A program made the translations under genes and the position numbers. A stretch of 64,000 bases of DNA. Source: Nitrospirota bacterium. GTDB lineage: Bacteria > Nitrospirota > UBA9217. Of the stretch, positions 1-9,659 are shown in pieces (positions within the stretch are counted from its first letter, which is position 1; each line of letters starts with the position of its first letter). The notes beneath the pieces were generated by a model, which worked only from the letters and a program-made list of their open reading frames with translations, did no database searches and was not told the origin of the DNA. The stretch covers positions 352,001 through 416,000 of the forward strand of contig CAVVUN010000015.1 of NCBI GenBank assembly GCA_963751455.1, read 5' to 3'.

Positions 1-205
1 TTTCGACGAGGTCGTGTCCAGCCTGGTCGATCATCTGAACAATGGTTTCCGCAGACGAGGGGTTGTCGAAAATCATCTTGAGCGTATCACCGGACGCGAT
101 TTTCTCCAGGGATTTTTTGCAGTATATCTGCGGATGAGGGCACACATAGCCGCACACATCCAGCATGTATACCCCATCACCTTTTTTCTCAAACTTCATA
201 GCCAT
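1..205 (-). CDS. TusA/YeeD-family sulfur carrier protein (partial, runs off window edge; not in ORF track)
   Basis: Manual translation MAMKFEKKSDGVYMLDVCGYVCPHPQIYCKKSLEKIASGDTLKMIFDNPSSAETI..., with LDxxGxxCPxP motif; RBS GGAGGT upstream; directly downstream of YeeE gene. Confidence 0.85.
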   Translation of the reverse strand, partial: MAMKFEKKGDGVYMLDVCGYVCPHPQIYCKKSLEKIASGDTLKMIFDNPSSAETIVQMIDQAGHDLVE

Positions 206-236
206 GACGAATTACCTCCTTAAGAGTAAATTGATG

Positions 237-1664
237 TTATTGAACACCGAAATCGGCCATTTCCGCGGCCATCTTTCTTTCTGACCACCAGTTGAAGAAC
301 TTGACGCCTCCATAAGCTCCGGTGACCATTCCGATACCGTACAGCCATCCGCTCGGATCGCCGCCGGCTACGCGGATGAAGAATGCTCCGATATTGCATC
401 CGAGCGCTGGACGGGATCCCAGTCCCATAAGGGTGCCGCCCAAGAGCCCCCAGACGATGAGTTCGCCTTTCGGCAGTTTGAACTTGAACTCCTTGCTGAG
501 GAGGGACATGATCATGGCGCCGAAGATAATCCCGAGGGACATCCAGAGCGCGGGGTTGCGCCAGAGCTGCGGTAATCCGTTATTCAATCCGAAGAAGATA
601 TTGTCCCGCATGTTCCAACCGAGTTTATCCAGCACCCAGGCCCCGAACTGTCCTTCCTGGGTGGTAATATACCAGTACCCCGGATCGAAAACAGTACCCC
701 GGGCGCCGGTATCGGCAGCATGGCCCATCCGTATAAGCAGTTCTCCAAAGTTGGTAATGCCGAACTTGATCTGCATGCCCTTCATCACGAATATGTGCAG
801 GCCCGCGGTAATGCCTATGATGACGCCCATCAGGGTCGTCCGCTTTGAAGCGGTCAGCATGCTCCAAATTCCGGCAAAATTGTCCGAAAATGAAGTGGGC
901 TTGCTTGTCTGCTTTGCCCGCTTCTTGAGGAACCCTTTGCGGATGTAGAAAGCATAGATGACAACGATCAGCACGAGGGCCGGAATGATTGCGCTGATCA
1001 GCGCGTCACCGATGAAGTATTTTGAAGCGCCCGGGAGGGCACCTCCAATCGCTTTCGTGTGGGAGAGCTGGATGGCGGGTTGATCCCATACGTAACCGGT
1101 CAGGTAGTAGTCGAACCAGGAGCTCATTTTGTCGGCGGGAAGATTTTTAGCCGCGCTGGCAACCTTCCAGCTTTCAGGTACGAGTTTCAGAAAAGGACCG
1201 CCGAGGTCGACGAAGATCGCCTGGCCGAAAGATATGCCGAGGATGGAAAGAATCGATGTGCCATTGCCTTCACCGATTTTGTACAAAGATCCCGAGGCGC
1301 ACCCGCCGGCAAGAACCATTCCGACGCCGAAAATGACGCCCGATATCAGCGTATGAACGCCAAACGGGGCCGGGTGGAAGGTGCTCATATTGGTTGAAGC
1401 GAGTGTGGCCTGAATAATGCTGAAAAAGATGAGAGCTACGAGAATCCCGACGGCCATGCGGGGAACTCCCGCGGCAAACAAATCTCGCGACGCCGAAGCG
1501 AAACAGAAACGCCCGTATTGAAGCATCATGCCGTACGCAATGCCGAACCAGATATATACTACCACATAGATGTAGTATACATTTGCCTTGTAATAGGCCA
1601 GACTGATCAGGACCATCAAGCCAGTTACTATGAAGGCCCAAATCTGATTTCGTTTCTCTTCCAT
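237..1664 (-). CDS. yeeE: YeeE/YedE (TsuA-like) thiosulfate/sulfur-compound transporter
   Basis: Multi-TM protein with the three conserved Cys motifs RFCFAS, GGCASG, LGCNIG. Confidence 0.9.
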   Translation of the reverse strand: MEEKRNQIWAFIVTGLMVLISLAYYKANVYYIYVVVYIWFGIAYGMMLQYGRFCFASASRDLFAAGVPRMAVGILVALIFFSIIQATLASTNMSTFHPAPFGVHTLISGVIFGVGMVLAGGCASGSLYKIGEGNGTSILSILGISFGQAIFVDLGGPFLKLVPESWKVASAAKNLPADKMSSWFDYYLTGYVWDQPAIQLSHTKAIGGALPGASKYFIGDALISAIIPALVLIVVIYAFYIRKGFLKKRAKQTSKPTSFSDNFAGIWSMLTASKRTTLMGVIIGITAGLHIFVMKGMQIKFGITNFGELLIRMGHAADTGARGTVFDPGYWYITTQEGQFGAWVLDKLGWNMRDNIFFGLNNGLPQLWRNPALWMSLGIIFGAMIMSLLSKEFKFKLPKGELIVWGLLGGTLMGLGSRPALGCNIGAFFIRVAGGDPSGWLYGIGMVTGAYGGVKFFNWWSERKMAAEMADFGVQ

Positions 1665-2000
1665 AAGACTATTTCCCCCTTAAAAAAATAGTTTTGAAAG
1701 GTGTGACCAAGGATTATATCAGCGCGTATTTTCTTTAGTCGCCCTCCTTTCGCTTGAGATTCTGCGTTGACCGATAAATTTTATTTATGGGTCGGGATGG
1801 AAAACTTATGCGATTTATCAGCACATTAGGACGTACTGTACATTGATAGCACAATCAGGGAAATAAAGACAAGCACTATTTTTTCTTTGCAGAGTTGCTA
1901 AATTACTTAACTTGTAATGATAAGACAAGGCCAAATTCGGCCGGAAATAAGGGGTGCGATACGAGTAAGGCGATGCAGGAAGCTTACGATTAACTGAATC

Positions 2001-3682
2001 CTATTTCTGGTATAATCTGATGCCGACTGTAGATTGAAAAACGTTTTCATTCGCGGTGAATGTCTGTAGTAATCGGTGCCCTTCCAGTTTCTTTCGAACC
2101 GTCCCGGGCAGCTCTGAGGACCTTGCGTCGGAGATAACAACAACAGGCAGCCCCCGATCACGGTCCTGAAGGCAGTTATAATACGGCGGGTCCCGGTAGA
2201 GCCAGGTGAAGCGGAGCGAGGAATTCCGGATTGTCTGTGCGGGCGGGGAGGCGGAAGCGTCGAACCGATAGCATATTTGTTTTGTCGTAAAGAGGTCGAG
2301 AAGCGGAACGGACACCGCCGGGTTCACAAGCGGCTCCGGCGGGGCCAGCGTTACAACTTCGATTTGCCTGCTCTGGAGCGTTTCCAGGTAAGCGCCTGCG
2401 TGTTTGATATTCTGGGCACTCATGCTCGTGGCGAACGGCAGGTAGGCGCAGAAAACGACGACCAAAGACGAGGCCACAGTGCCGTACAGGATCAAACGCC
2501 GTCGATCTTGCCGGACAGTATTCAGCCCGTACCCGGCCATGAGAGCGAGCATCGGGAAGGCGGGTATAATGTACCGGATCCTTTTGATATCGAGCAGTAC
2601 GATCATCAAAATGAGCCAACTCGTGATTAACAACTTCCAATCACGCCTTCGTATGGCGGCAACAATGGAAACCAGAGCGAGTATTGATATAAAGGGATGG
2701 ACCTGAAAAAAAAGGTCGAAAAGAAGCTTTCACCCCACCGTTCGAGCCCAGGTATTTGATATCCTCTCAGCAGGGAGATCTGCTCGGAAATGACATCCGG
2801 TTTTGTGGACAAAATTGCGGCGGACAGCAAACCTGAAGCGGCTAGTACCAGAAAGCCGCGTCGCGCACAAGTGCGGCCGGTTGTTGCTTTTTTTTCAAAA
2901 TAGTGAACGGCAAGCATAACCGGAAGAATGGAGAGCAACAGCCATGAAGAATATTTTGAGAGGACGGCAAGCACTATTGAAACTGCAGAGATACTGATCC
3001 AAATGCCGCCGCTTCTGTTCATTGCTTCAAGGAACGCAAAGACGGCGAGCGTGAAGAAGCACATTGTCGGAACATCCACGAGCATGAGCGGAACCTGCGT
3101 GAGCAGGTAGGGAATGCCGAGAAGCAGGAGCGCACCGGAAAAACCGGTTTCCCTGCCCCAAAGCCTTTTCCCAATCAGGTAGGTAAGAACCGTTGTGAGC
3201 GAAAAAAGGGCTGTTGTAAAGACCTGTATGCCTGCCCTGGTTTCACCGAAGACCTTAAAAATGAATCCGTAGAGGAAGGGGACAAGCGGCATATCCGTCC
3301 AGGCGACGATTCCACCGCCCCATTCTTCAAAAAAATACGGGATTCCGTAGATTTCCAGATGTTTTGCCTGCGTAAAGTACCGGGAAGCGTCGATGATAAG
3401 TTCGGGTTCCTGCCATAATGGGACAATTGCCGCAAATGAGATAACCGCAAGAAAAGGGATATGATAATCGTCGGGGACCGCCCACAGCGAGAGAAAAGCA
3501 GCGATCACGAGACCGGCTGCGAGAAAGAGATAGACCGGCCACCCCTCCACTGCCGCAAATACCCAGGACCAGCTGAAAAGACTGTTATCATCCAGACCTC
3601 GCAAAAAAAAGGCGGTGATAAAGACAGGGAGAAAAAGAGCAAGGATTGCGAAAACAGCCGTCGTTCTTTTCATGTGACGCAT
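2001..3682 (-). CDS. GT-C (ArnT/PMT-like, family 39/83) membrane glycosyltransferase, frameshifted at the A-run 2706-2713
   Basis: ORFs 2627..3682 and 2001..2633 are complementary halves: D-x-x-x-Y (IDASRY), PL..F, LSKYS, RYIIP motifs and many TM helices. Confidence 0.75.
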
Positions 3683-3782
3683 TATAGCATTACGTCATTT
3701 CAAGTTCTATGCTTTAAAATCGGATGGTCAAACAGCTGTGGTTAAAGATTTAAGAGCCGGGATTCTGTCAAGGTAAGTGATT

Positions 3783-3811
3783 CCGGGAGGCACCGAAGCG
3801 ATGCCTCCCGG
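3783..3811 (-). terminator. Hairpin downstream of rhodanese gene
   Basis: CCGGGAGGCA-loop-TGCCTCCCGG inverted repeat; U-tract poor. Confidence 0.45.
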
Positions 3812-3819
3812 GGAGTTGA

Positions 3820-4320
3820 CTATTTTGCGAGCGGGTAATTACTTGTCGCCGCGTTTTGAATTGCAGTCTGCATATTCTGTCCGCCGCGATAGTCCTTGAT
3901 CCAGGCGGCATAACCGAAGGACATGGTGTATGCGTCGTATCCCAGAGCCCTTAATCCTACGACCGGAAGGTTCTGGATCTGACCGGTTACGCATACGAGG
4001 ATGACTTTTTTGTTCTTGGGAAGCTTTTTGAGATTCTCGGGCTTGAAGATGTCCTGATTGGAGATCTGAATGGCCCCGGGTATATGGCCTGCGCTGAATT
4101 CAGCCGGATTGGGGCGAACATCAACAACGACGAAGTCCGTTTTTTTCTGGTCGATCATTTCCTTGACCTCATCGGCCGGTATCTGCCAGAACTTCACCTG
4201 GGCGCCTTTCGAAAGCACCGCATTGAGTTTTGATGCCATATCGTCCGCGCCCCACGATGCGGGAACTGCAACCGAGACCGATAGCACAAGAACCAGCAGC
4301 ATGACAATTCTCTTTTTCAT
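3820..4320 (-). CDS. Exported single-domain rhodanese (sulfurtransferase)
   Basis: Signal peptide MKKRIVMLLV...ASWG; VDVRP, GHIPGA, active-site loop CVTGQ; RBS GAGGAGGGGG supports start at 4320. Confidence 0.85.
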   Translation of the reverse strand: MKKRIVMLLVLVLSVSVAVPASWGADDMASKLNAVLSKGAQVKFWQIPADEVKEMIDQKKTDFVVVDVRPNPAEFSAGHIPGAIQISNQDIFKPENLKKLPKNKKVILVCVTGQIQNLPVVGLRALGYDAYTMSFGYAAWIKDYRGGQNMQTAIQNAATSNYPLAK

Positions 4321-4388
4321 TTTCCCCCTCCTCTGATTTTGGTATGTTCTGATCGGGACAGATTCCCGAGAACGGCTTGTTGCCATGT

Positions 4389-4691
4389 CTAGAGTACGAT
4401 TACCTTATCCGCGTCATGATGCATGACCGCGTTGTTGTACTGACTGCCGCACACGATCTCTTTGGGAAGTCCTTCGGATGTGACCCCTATGTGTTTCGCG
4501 CTATGATCGCAAAAGCCGACAGTGACGCCCGGCGTCTTGCAGAGTTCCGCATATTGAGGTGTTCCAACGAGTTTTGTTCCCTCGTCCATATTGAACAGGA
4601 TCACGGTATGTCCTTTTGCCAGGGCCGCCTTCGTTATTCCCTGCACGGCCTCCATATTTTTATCAGTATTCACGAATATGCCTAATTTCAT
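4389..4691 (-). CDS. DsrE/TusD-like sulfur relay protein
   Basis: GH.V.LF.MDEG, C-x-x-S (CDHSA), CGSQ, C-terminal ADKVIVL. Confidence 0.8.
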   Translation of the reverse strand: MKLGIFVNTDKNMEAVQGITKAALAKGHTVILFNMDEGTKLVGTPQYAELCKTPGVTVGFCDHSAKHIGVTSEGLPKEIVCGSQYNNAVMHHDADKVIVL

Positions 4692-4759
4692 GAGTAGTGC
4701 CTCCTCTCGAATTTCCGCACCCGGTTGAATGACCGTGGGCGCTCATTGCTCGTCAACGA

Positions 4760-4927
4760 TTACCAGGAGATTACCTTGTCGCTGGAAAAAATAAGGTCCA
4801 CGAGCTGGTCGTAGTTTTTATTTTGCTGAATGTTGATGACGGTTACTTCGTTTCCTTTTTTATGTTCTTCCAGAATCTTTTTTGCCGTAGCATCCAATTC
4901 CTTTTTCTGAATATGCAGAATTTTCAT
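4760..4927 (-). CDS. Small conserved protein (55 aa), DsrH/TusB-like C-terminus; not in ORF track
   Basis: MKILHIQKKELDATAKKILEEHKKGNEVTVINIQQNKNYDQLVDLIFSSDKVISW*; RBS GAGGTG; YDxLVDLI..DKVISW resembles the DsrH/TusB end. Confidence 0.75.
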   Translation of the reverse strand: MKILHIQKKELDATAKKILEEHKKGNEVTVINIQQNKNYDQLVDLIFSSDKVISW

Positions 4928-4952
4928 CGTTTATCACCTCGTTCGGATAGTA

Positions 4953-5225
4953 TTAAAACGGCACGATATGGTCATATTCCAGCAGTTTTGTGGCTAGTTC
5001 TTCTGTGGACATGTATTCCATACCGGCGTTGTCTTTTGTATTCGTAGCCAACTTCATTCCCATGTCCTTGATGGTCTCGATATTCAGATCGTTGTCGTCG
5101 TTTTTTTCGACTTTTCTATCGAGCACGTACACATCGATGCTGTCATCCATCAACGTGATTCCTACCGACATTCTCAGGGCTTCTCCCTGACGGTCTCGTA
5201 CGAGTACCGCTATTTTTTTACCCAT
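4953..5225 (-). CDS. DsrF/DsrE-fold small protein
   Basis: EALRMSVGI motif and C-terminal EELATKLLEYDHIVPF typical of DsrEFH-like fold; strong RBS. Confidence 0.7.
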   Translation of the reverse strand: MGKKIAVLVRDRQGEALRMSVGITLMDDSIDVYVLDRKVEKNDDNDLNIETIKDMGMKLATNTKDNAGMEYMSTEELATKLLEYDHIVPF

Positions 5226-5733
5226 GATCTCCTCCTTGATCGGATTCTAATGATGTTCTTTATATAGCTGCATCGGATATGGCTAAAGAAGATTATTTGC
5301 CGGACCACCTCCTCTGGCTGAAATTCCATCAACGACCAGGCGGTGCATTAAATAAACCGGAACAGTTTGCGAAGTTCAACGCATACATGTTGCCGCCGCG
5401 TTACTGTTGCAGAATATAGAAAATTGTCAGTTTGCAAACAATATAAAACGCGAGAGCGAATAATGTTCTACGATAATATAATCAAAATCAAATTGCAAGA
5501 AAAGAGCGTTGTCCGGTCCATAAACTCTCATTATAGAGCAATGAAAGAAATTAATACAACAAGATGGAACGGCAATGCGTTTCCAGTATTGACATGCTGA
5601 GTGGTTTTTGTTAAGGTGGGGCATTCAAAAGCAATTCATGTAAGAAGATGCCTTTGCCGACACTTGGTTATGACAAATTAAGCGGGCTGGAGCCCGAATT
5701 TGATGCTTACTATACCGATTGAGGAGGAACAAA

Positions 5734-5982
5734 ATGGGACTGAAAGACGAAACTCCAAAAGAAACGCTGGATACCCTTGGAAGGGTATGCCCTTATCCGC
5801 TGTTGTTGACAAAAAAGGCGCTTGAAAAGCTTGGAAGCGGCCAGACACTGAAAGTACTCTGCGATGCACCAGCGTCTGCAGAAGACAGCATCCCCCGGTA
5901 TGCCGAGAAGCAAGGTTATACGTTTGAATCGGTAAAGGTTGAAGACAAGGGAATGTGGGAGCTTTTTATCAAGAAGTCGTAA
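5734..5982 (+). CDS. tusA: TusA-family sulfurtransferase
   Basis: LDTLGRVCPYPLL motif, LKVLCD; RBS GAGGAGG at 5721-5727. Confidence 0.85.
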   Translation: MGLKDETPKETLDTLGRVCPYPLLLTKKALEKLGSGQTLKVLCDAPASAEDSIPRYAEKQGYTFESVKVEDKGMWELFIKKS

Positions 5983-6017
5983 AGTCGTGATCTGTCAATA
6001 ACGACTGAGAACACCAC

Positions 6018-6048
6018 GCCGGGAAGATCAATCTGCCCGGCTTTTTTT
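6018..6048 (+). terminator. Rho-independent terminator
   Basis: GCCGGG...CCCGGC stem followed by T7. Confidence 0.7.
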
Positions 6049-6196
6049 ACCGGAAAGCTGCTATTTTGTGCAGTATTTTGCTCTTGACAGGCACTTATCT
6101 GTCGGGCATAGTAAGCACAGTTATCACCATCCGGACGTTATCTATGGGAGAATACGTTCGCAGTTTTATTTAGCTGAATCCTTGGCAGGAGGATAC

Positions 6197-6511
6197 ATGG
6201 CTGGATCAAAACTATTGGCGGATGTTCTTCAGGAGCTCAATACCGGCAAAAAAACAGGAGCGCTTTTTATATCAGTGACTGAAGCGAGCGAGAACCTTGT
6301 TCGCTTCTATTTTAGAGAAGGAAATATCTATACGGTATCGTATGGCCCGCTCAAGGACAAAGAGTGTCTGGATATCCTTGACTGCTACAGCTTCAACAAA
6401 ATAATCTATTTCGAGGGTCTGAAGTCGCCTCAAGCATCGTCGGATCTTCCATCAACGGCGGACATCATATCGATGATAAGAAAAGGCGGCAAGGAAGTGC
6501 ATACGGATTGA
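6197..6511 (+). CDS. Stand-alone DUF4388/PATAN-like protein
   Basis: LADVLQELNTGKKTGALFI...RFYFREGNI pattern; RBS GGAGG supports start at 6197. Confidence 0.55.
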   Translation: MAGSKLLADVLQELNTGKKTGALFISVTEASENLVRFYFREGNIYTVSYGPLKDKECLDILDCYSFNKIIYFEGLKSPQASSDLPSTADIISMIRKGGKEVHTD

Positions 6512-6670
6512 GATTGAATCGTATTTTCGTCGGTCATCCCTGCTTTCCCCTGTCTTTCCCCTGTAAGAGTTGTCTTTTCTCCTTTCCGGACTGTATCAAA
6601 TGCCACAAGATGCCCCGATTCGAAAGCTCCGGCTACCGTCAAATCCTTGATTCTTTTGAGTTCACTATTC

Positions 6671-6686
6671 TGGCAAACCTATTGCT
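6671..6686 (+). promoter_or_regulatory. Sigma54 (-24/-12) promoter
   Basis: TGGCAAACCTATTGCT: GG-N10-GC spacing exact, 38 bp before ATG 6724. Confidence 0.65.
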
Positions 6687-6723
6687 AAAGACCTGTTGTA
6701 CCAATATCGAAACGAGGTTAATC

Positions 6724-7671
6724 ATGAATTGTCCGAATTGCAGCACACAGAATGATGCGGATGCCGGCTATTGCAGCGAGTGCGGCAAGCTGCTTGCTCT
6801 CAAGCCGGAAATTGAAACTGGAAAGGCGAGGAAACCTTATCGCTTCATATTTTTTTTGATCCCGGTTATCTTCATTGCAGCGGGTTTTGGCTATTATAAA
6901 TATTATTTGCCGGATGGCGTTTCAGCCCTGGTTAACGGCCAGGAGATCAAACGATCCGAACTGGATGCGGCCGTTGCCCGTGTTCAAGCGGTATACGGCA
7001 CGAGTTCCGAAGGAGATCAAGCCGGACCGCAGGCGCGAAAACTTCGCTATCAGGTCCTGAACGGACTTATTTCCGAAAGGCTCATACTCCACGAGGCTGA
7101 CAAGGCGGGATTCGGTGTTTCACCCGAAGAGGTAGCAGCCGCAGCATCACTGGCCCAGAAAGCGTCCGGAATGGACCAGCATCTGTTTTCGGCCGAAGTG
7201 ATACGCCGGTACGGCAGCCTTCAGGCATTCGAAGAAGCAGTCAGGCGCGACCTCATCGTCGAGAAATTCATTTCAGAGAAAGTCCTTCCAAAGGGCGTCG
7301 ATGATCGAACGGCGCGAGCAGAGGTCGACCGCTGGGTAGAAAAACTCCGGGCGTCCTCGGCAGTGCGGGTTACCCTGTCGGAACAGTGGTCAGGAGCAGG
7401 GTGCGGATGCTGCGGGAAATCACGGGGAACTCCGGCGGCCGAACAGGGAGGGAAGCAGCAGGGTTCCGTCCTGGCCGGCGTTCCTCAATCAGCGGACGGT
7501 CAGAAAGCGGCAGATGCGGGTCTCAAGTATTGGCGTGAAAAGCATGGAGAAGAAGACGTTTCCGCCAGGGTAAGCGACTTCGGCTGTCATCTGCAGGTGG
7601 ATATTGTAAAAAAAGGGCAAACGATCGGCTCCCTTCGTTATCAGGGCGGCAATCTATCGGAGATGAGATAA
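6724..7671 (+). CDS. Zinc-ribbon + TM + SurA N-terminal-like protein with GCGCC motif
   Basis: CPNC..CSEC ribbon, TM helix, ALVNGQEI / VLNGLISERLILHEA (SurA_N-like); no PPIase domain seen. Confidence 0.7.
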   Translation: MNCPNCSTQNDADAGYCSECGKLLALKPEIETGKARKPYRFIFFLIPVIFIAAGFGYYKYYLPDGVSALVNGQEIKRSELDAAVARVQAVYGTSSEGDQAGPQARKLRYQVLNGLISERLILHEADKAGFGVSPEEVAAAASLAQKASGMDQHLFSAEVIRRYGSLQAFEEAVRRDLIVEKFISEKVLPKGVDDRTARAEVDRWVEKLRASSAVRVTLSEQWSGAGCGCCGKSRGTPAAEQGGKQQGSVLAGVPQSADGQKAADAGLKYWREKHGEEDVSARVSDFGCHLQVDIVKKGQTIGSLRYQGGNLSEMR

Positions 7672-7682
7672 GGAGATAGACC

Positions 7683-8315
7683 ATGAACAAATGCGGCAAA
7701 TGCGGTGCTCAAATTACGAACAACTCAAAATATTGCAAGGCCTGCGGCTCTTCTATTTCGACGACAGGAGCAAGCCTTGATACGAAAAAGGCGCGCGTAC
7801 TGAACCGTGAAAGGCAATGGATAAAGCCTGTCATTATTTCGGTTGTCGTTGCTCTGGCCCTTACCGCGGGATGGATGTTTTCAGCGTCCAGGAAAACCGT
7901 CGCTCATCCGGTGTTTCAGCCTCAGAGGGAAGGAGCAGCAACGCTTACAAAAGCGGTGCCGGTAAAAGCTGCACGCGGAACAATACGCATCCCGGTTGCC
8001 GGCGTGGCTGACGGCAAAGCGCACTTTTTTTCGTACGAGGGCCAGGCAAAGACCATTCTCTTCTTTGCGATCCGCGCCGCTGACGGAAGCATCAGAACTG
8101 CCTTCGATGCCTGCGTTGCTTGCAATCATGCGAAGCTTGGCTACCGGGAGGAGGGCGAACTCGTGGTCTGCAACAATTGCGGCATGGGCTTCAAGCCGAC
8201 GGATATAGGCATTATGACCGGAGGTTGCAGCCCCATCGCCGTTGAAAAATCCCTGGACGGACAGATGATCGTTCTGAAGACGAAAGATCTGGAAACAGGC
8301 GCGATGTACTTCTAA
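7683..8315 (+). CDS. Zinc-ribbon + DUF2318 (Cys-rich, putative Fe-S) membrane protein
   Basis: AFDACVAC, GY, LVVCNNCG, GGCSPI motifs. Confidence 0.8.
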   Translation: MNKCGKCGAQITNNSKYCKACGSSISTTGASLDTKKARVLNRERQWIKPVIISVVVALALTAGWMFSASRKTVAHPVFQPQREGAATLTKAVPVKAARGTIRIPVAGVADGKAHFFSYEGQAKTILFFAIRAADGSIRTAFDACVACNHAKLGYREEGELVVCNNCGMGFKPTDIGIMTGGCSPIAVEKSLDGQMIVLKTKDLETGAMYF

Positions 8316-8391
8316 TTACGGCGTAATGCGGAATTAATAGATTGTGCTGTTCGAGCTTGCAGCCTAAAACTAATTATTAACAGGTAACCTT

Positions 8392-9555
8392 ATGAAACTG
8401 ATAGATATATCACTGAACAACCTTCTTCGGAAAAAAGGCCGGACCTTTTTTCTCGTGTCCGGTTTGGCGATGGGAATCGGGGCAGCCGTTGCAATGACGG
8501 CTGTCGGCGACGCAATGAACCGCGAAGTGATGCACTCGCTCGATGAATTCGGGGCGAACATCCTTGTGCTGCCCGCTTCCGAGGGGCTTCCGCTGTCCTA
8601 CGGCGGCATCACCGTGTCCGCGGTGAGCGCCGGCGGCCGTGAACTGACAACCGATGATGTCGAAAAAATACGCACCATCAGGAATAAAGAGAACATCAGT
8701 ACGATTGCTCCGAAACTGCTCGTGCAGACTGAGGTCAAAGGAACAAAGGTTCTGATTGCGGGAGTCAACTTCAAAGCAGAGCAGCGTCTCAAGAAGTGGT
8801 GGCGGGTTGCAGCCGGAATGAACCCCCAGAATGAGGGAGATGCCCTGATAGGCAAGGACGCGGCCGCCCGGCTCCATCTGGCGCCCGGCGACAGCATTGT
8901 GCTCGGCGGGAAAAGTGTCCGCGTGTCAGGCGTACTGGACAATACGGGGTCCCAGGATGACGGATTGATTTTTGCTGACATTAACCTCGTACAGACAAAT
9001 TTTAACAAGGGCAATGATGTCAGTCTTATCGAGCTGTCGGCCCTCTGCAGCGGCTGCCCGATCGGGGACATCGTGGCGCAGGTGAACTCGGTGCTGCCCG
9101 GCGCACGCGCCGTGGCAGTCAAAGAAACGGTGGAGCTGAAAATGCAGGCAATGCATTACTTCCACAAATTCTCCCTTGGTATCTCCGCCCTCCTGCTCAT
9201 TGTGGCCGGCATGATCATCTTTTTTGCCATGACCGCGTCCGTGAAGGAGCGCGTGCAGGAAATCGGACTGTTTCGGGCGATCGGGTTCCGCACGGGTCAT
9301 ATCATCCAGGTGCTGCTCACCGAGGCCTTCATCGTCAGCCTGATTGCGGGTATTGCGGGGTATGTCGCGGGCATCATCGGTTCGCGTCTTGTGGCGCCAT
9401 ACCTGATGAGCGCCTACAACCTTACGTTCGAATTCGATCCCGCGCTCATGGTGAGAGCATTAGCGGCCTCGGTGCTTGTCGGTCTTGCGGCAAGCATTTT
9501 CCCGGCCGTACGCGCCGGCCGGCTGGACCCGGTAGAGGCGCTGAAGACGCTCTAA
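8392..9555 (+). CDS. MacB/FtsX-family ABC transporter permease
   Basis: N-terminal TM, periplasmic domain, ERVQEIGLFRAIGF, C-terminal PVEALK. Confidence 0.9.
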   Translation: MKLIDISLNNLLRKKGRTFFLVSGLAMGIGAAVAMTAVGDAMNREVMHSLDEFGANILVLPASEGLPLSYGGITVSAVSAGGRELTTDDVEKIRTIRNKENISTIAPKLLVQTEVKGTKVLIAGVNFKAEQRLKKWWRVAAGMNPQNEGDALIGKDAAARLHLAPGDSIVLGGKSVRVSGVLDNTGSQDDGLIFADINLVQTNFNKGNDVSLIELSALCSGCPIGDIVAQVNSVLPGARAVAVKETVELKMQAMHYFHKFSLGISALLLIVAGMIIFFAMTASVKERVQEIGLFRAIGFRTGHIIQVLLTEAFIVSLIAGIAGYVAGIIGSRLVAPYLMSAYNLTFEFDPALMVRALAASVLVGLAASIFPAVRAGRLDPVEALKTL

Positions 9556-9643
9556 GCGCATAGAGCAGAGCGCATAGCGCAAAGCGAAAGAGCAAAGCGC
9601 AAAAAAGCAGAAACGCTATGCGCCATGCCCCATGCGCTATGCG
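9556..9643. repeat. Inverted array of ~7-mer repeats (GCGCATA/GAGCAAA ... TATGCGC)
   Basis: Several GCGCATA-like units followed by their reverse complements. Confidence 0.75.
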
Positions 9644-9659
9644 AATTTCAGGAGTTAAC

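Noticed and set aside
1-5982. Selenocysteine recoding in sulfur-relay genes
   Set aside because: Catalytic positions are ordinary Cys codons; no in-frame TGA found
6508-6723. N-terminal extension of the 387 aa ORF (similar extensions at 6068, 9618, 20423, 39851, 40206)
   Set aside because: Extensions cover promoter/repeat DNA; RBS or signal peptide supports downstream starts
9556-9643. CRISPR-like array
   Set aside because: Units are 7 bp, inverted, with no spacers or cas genes
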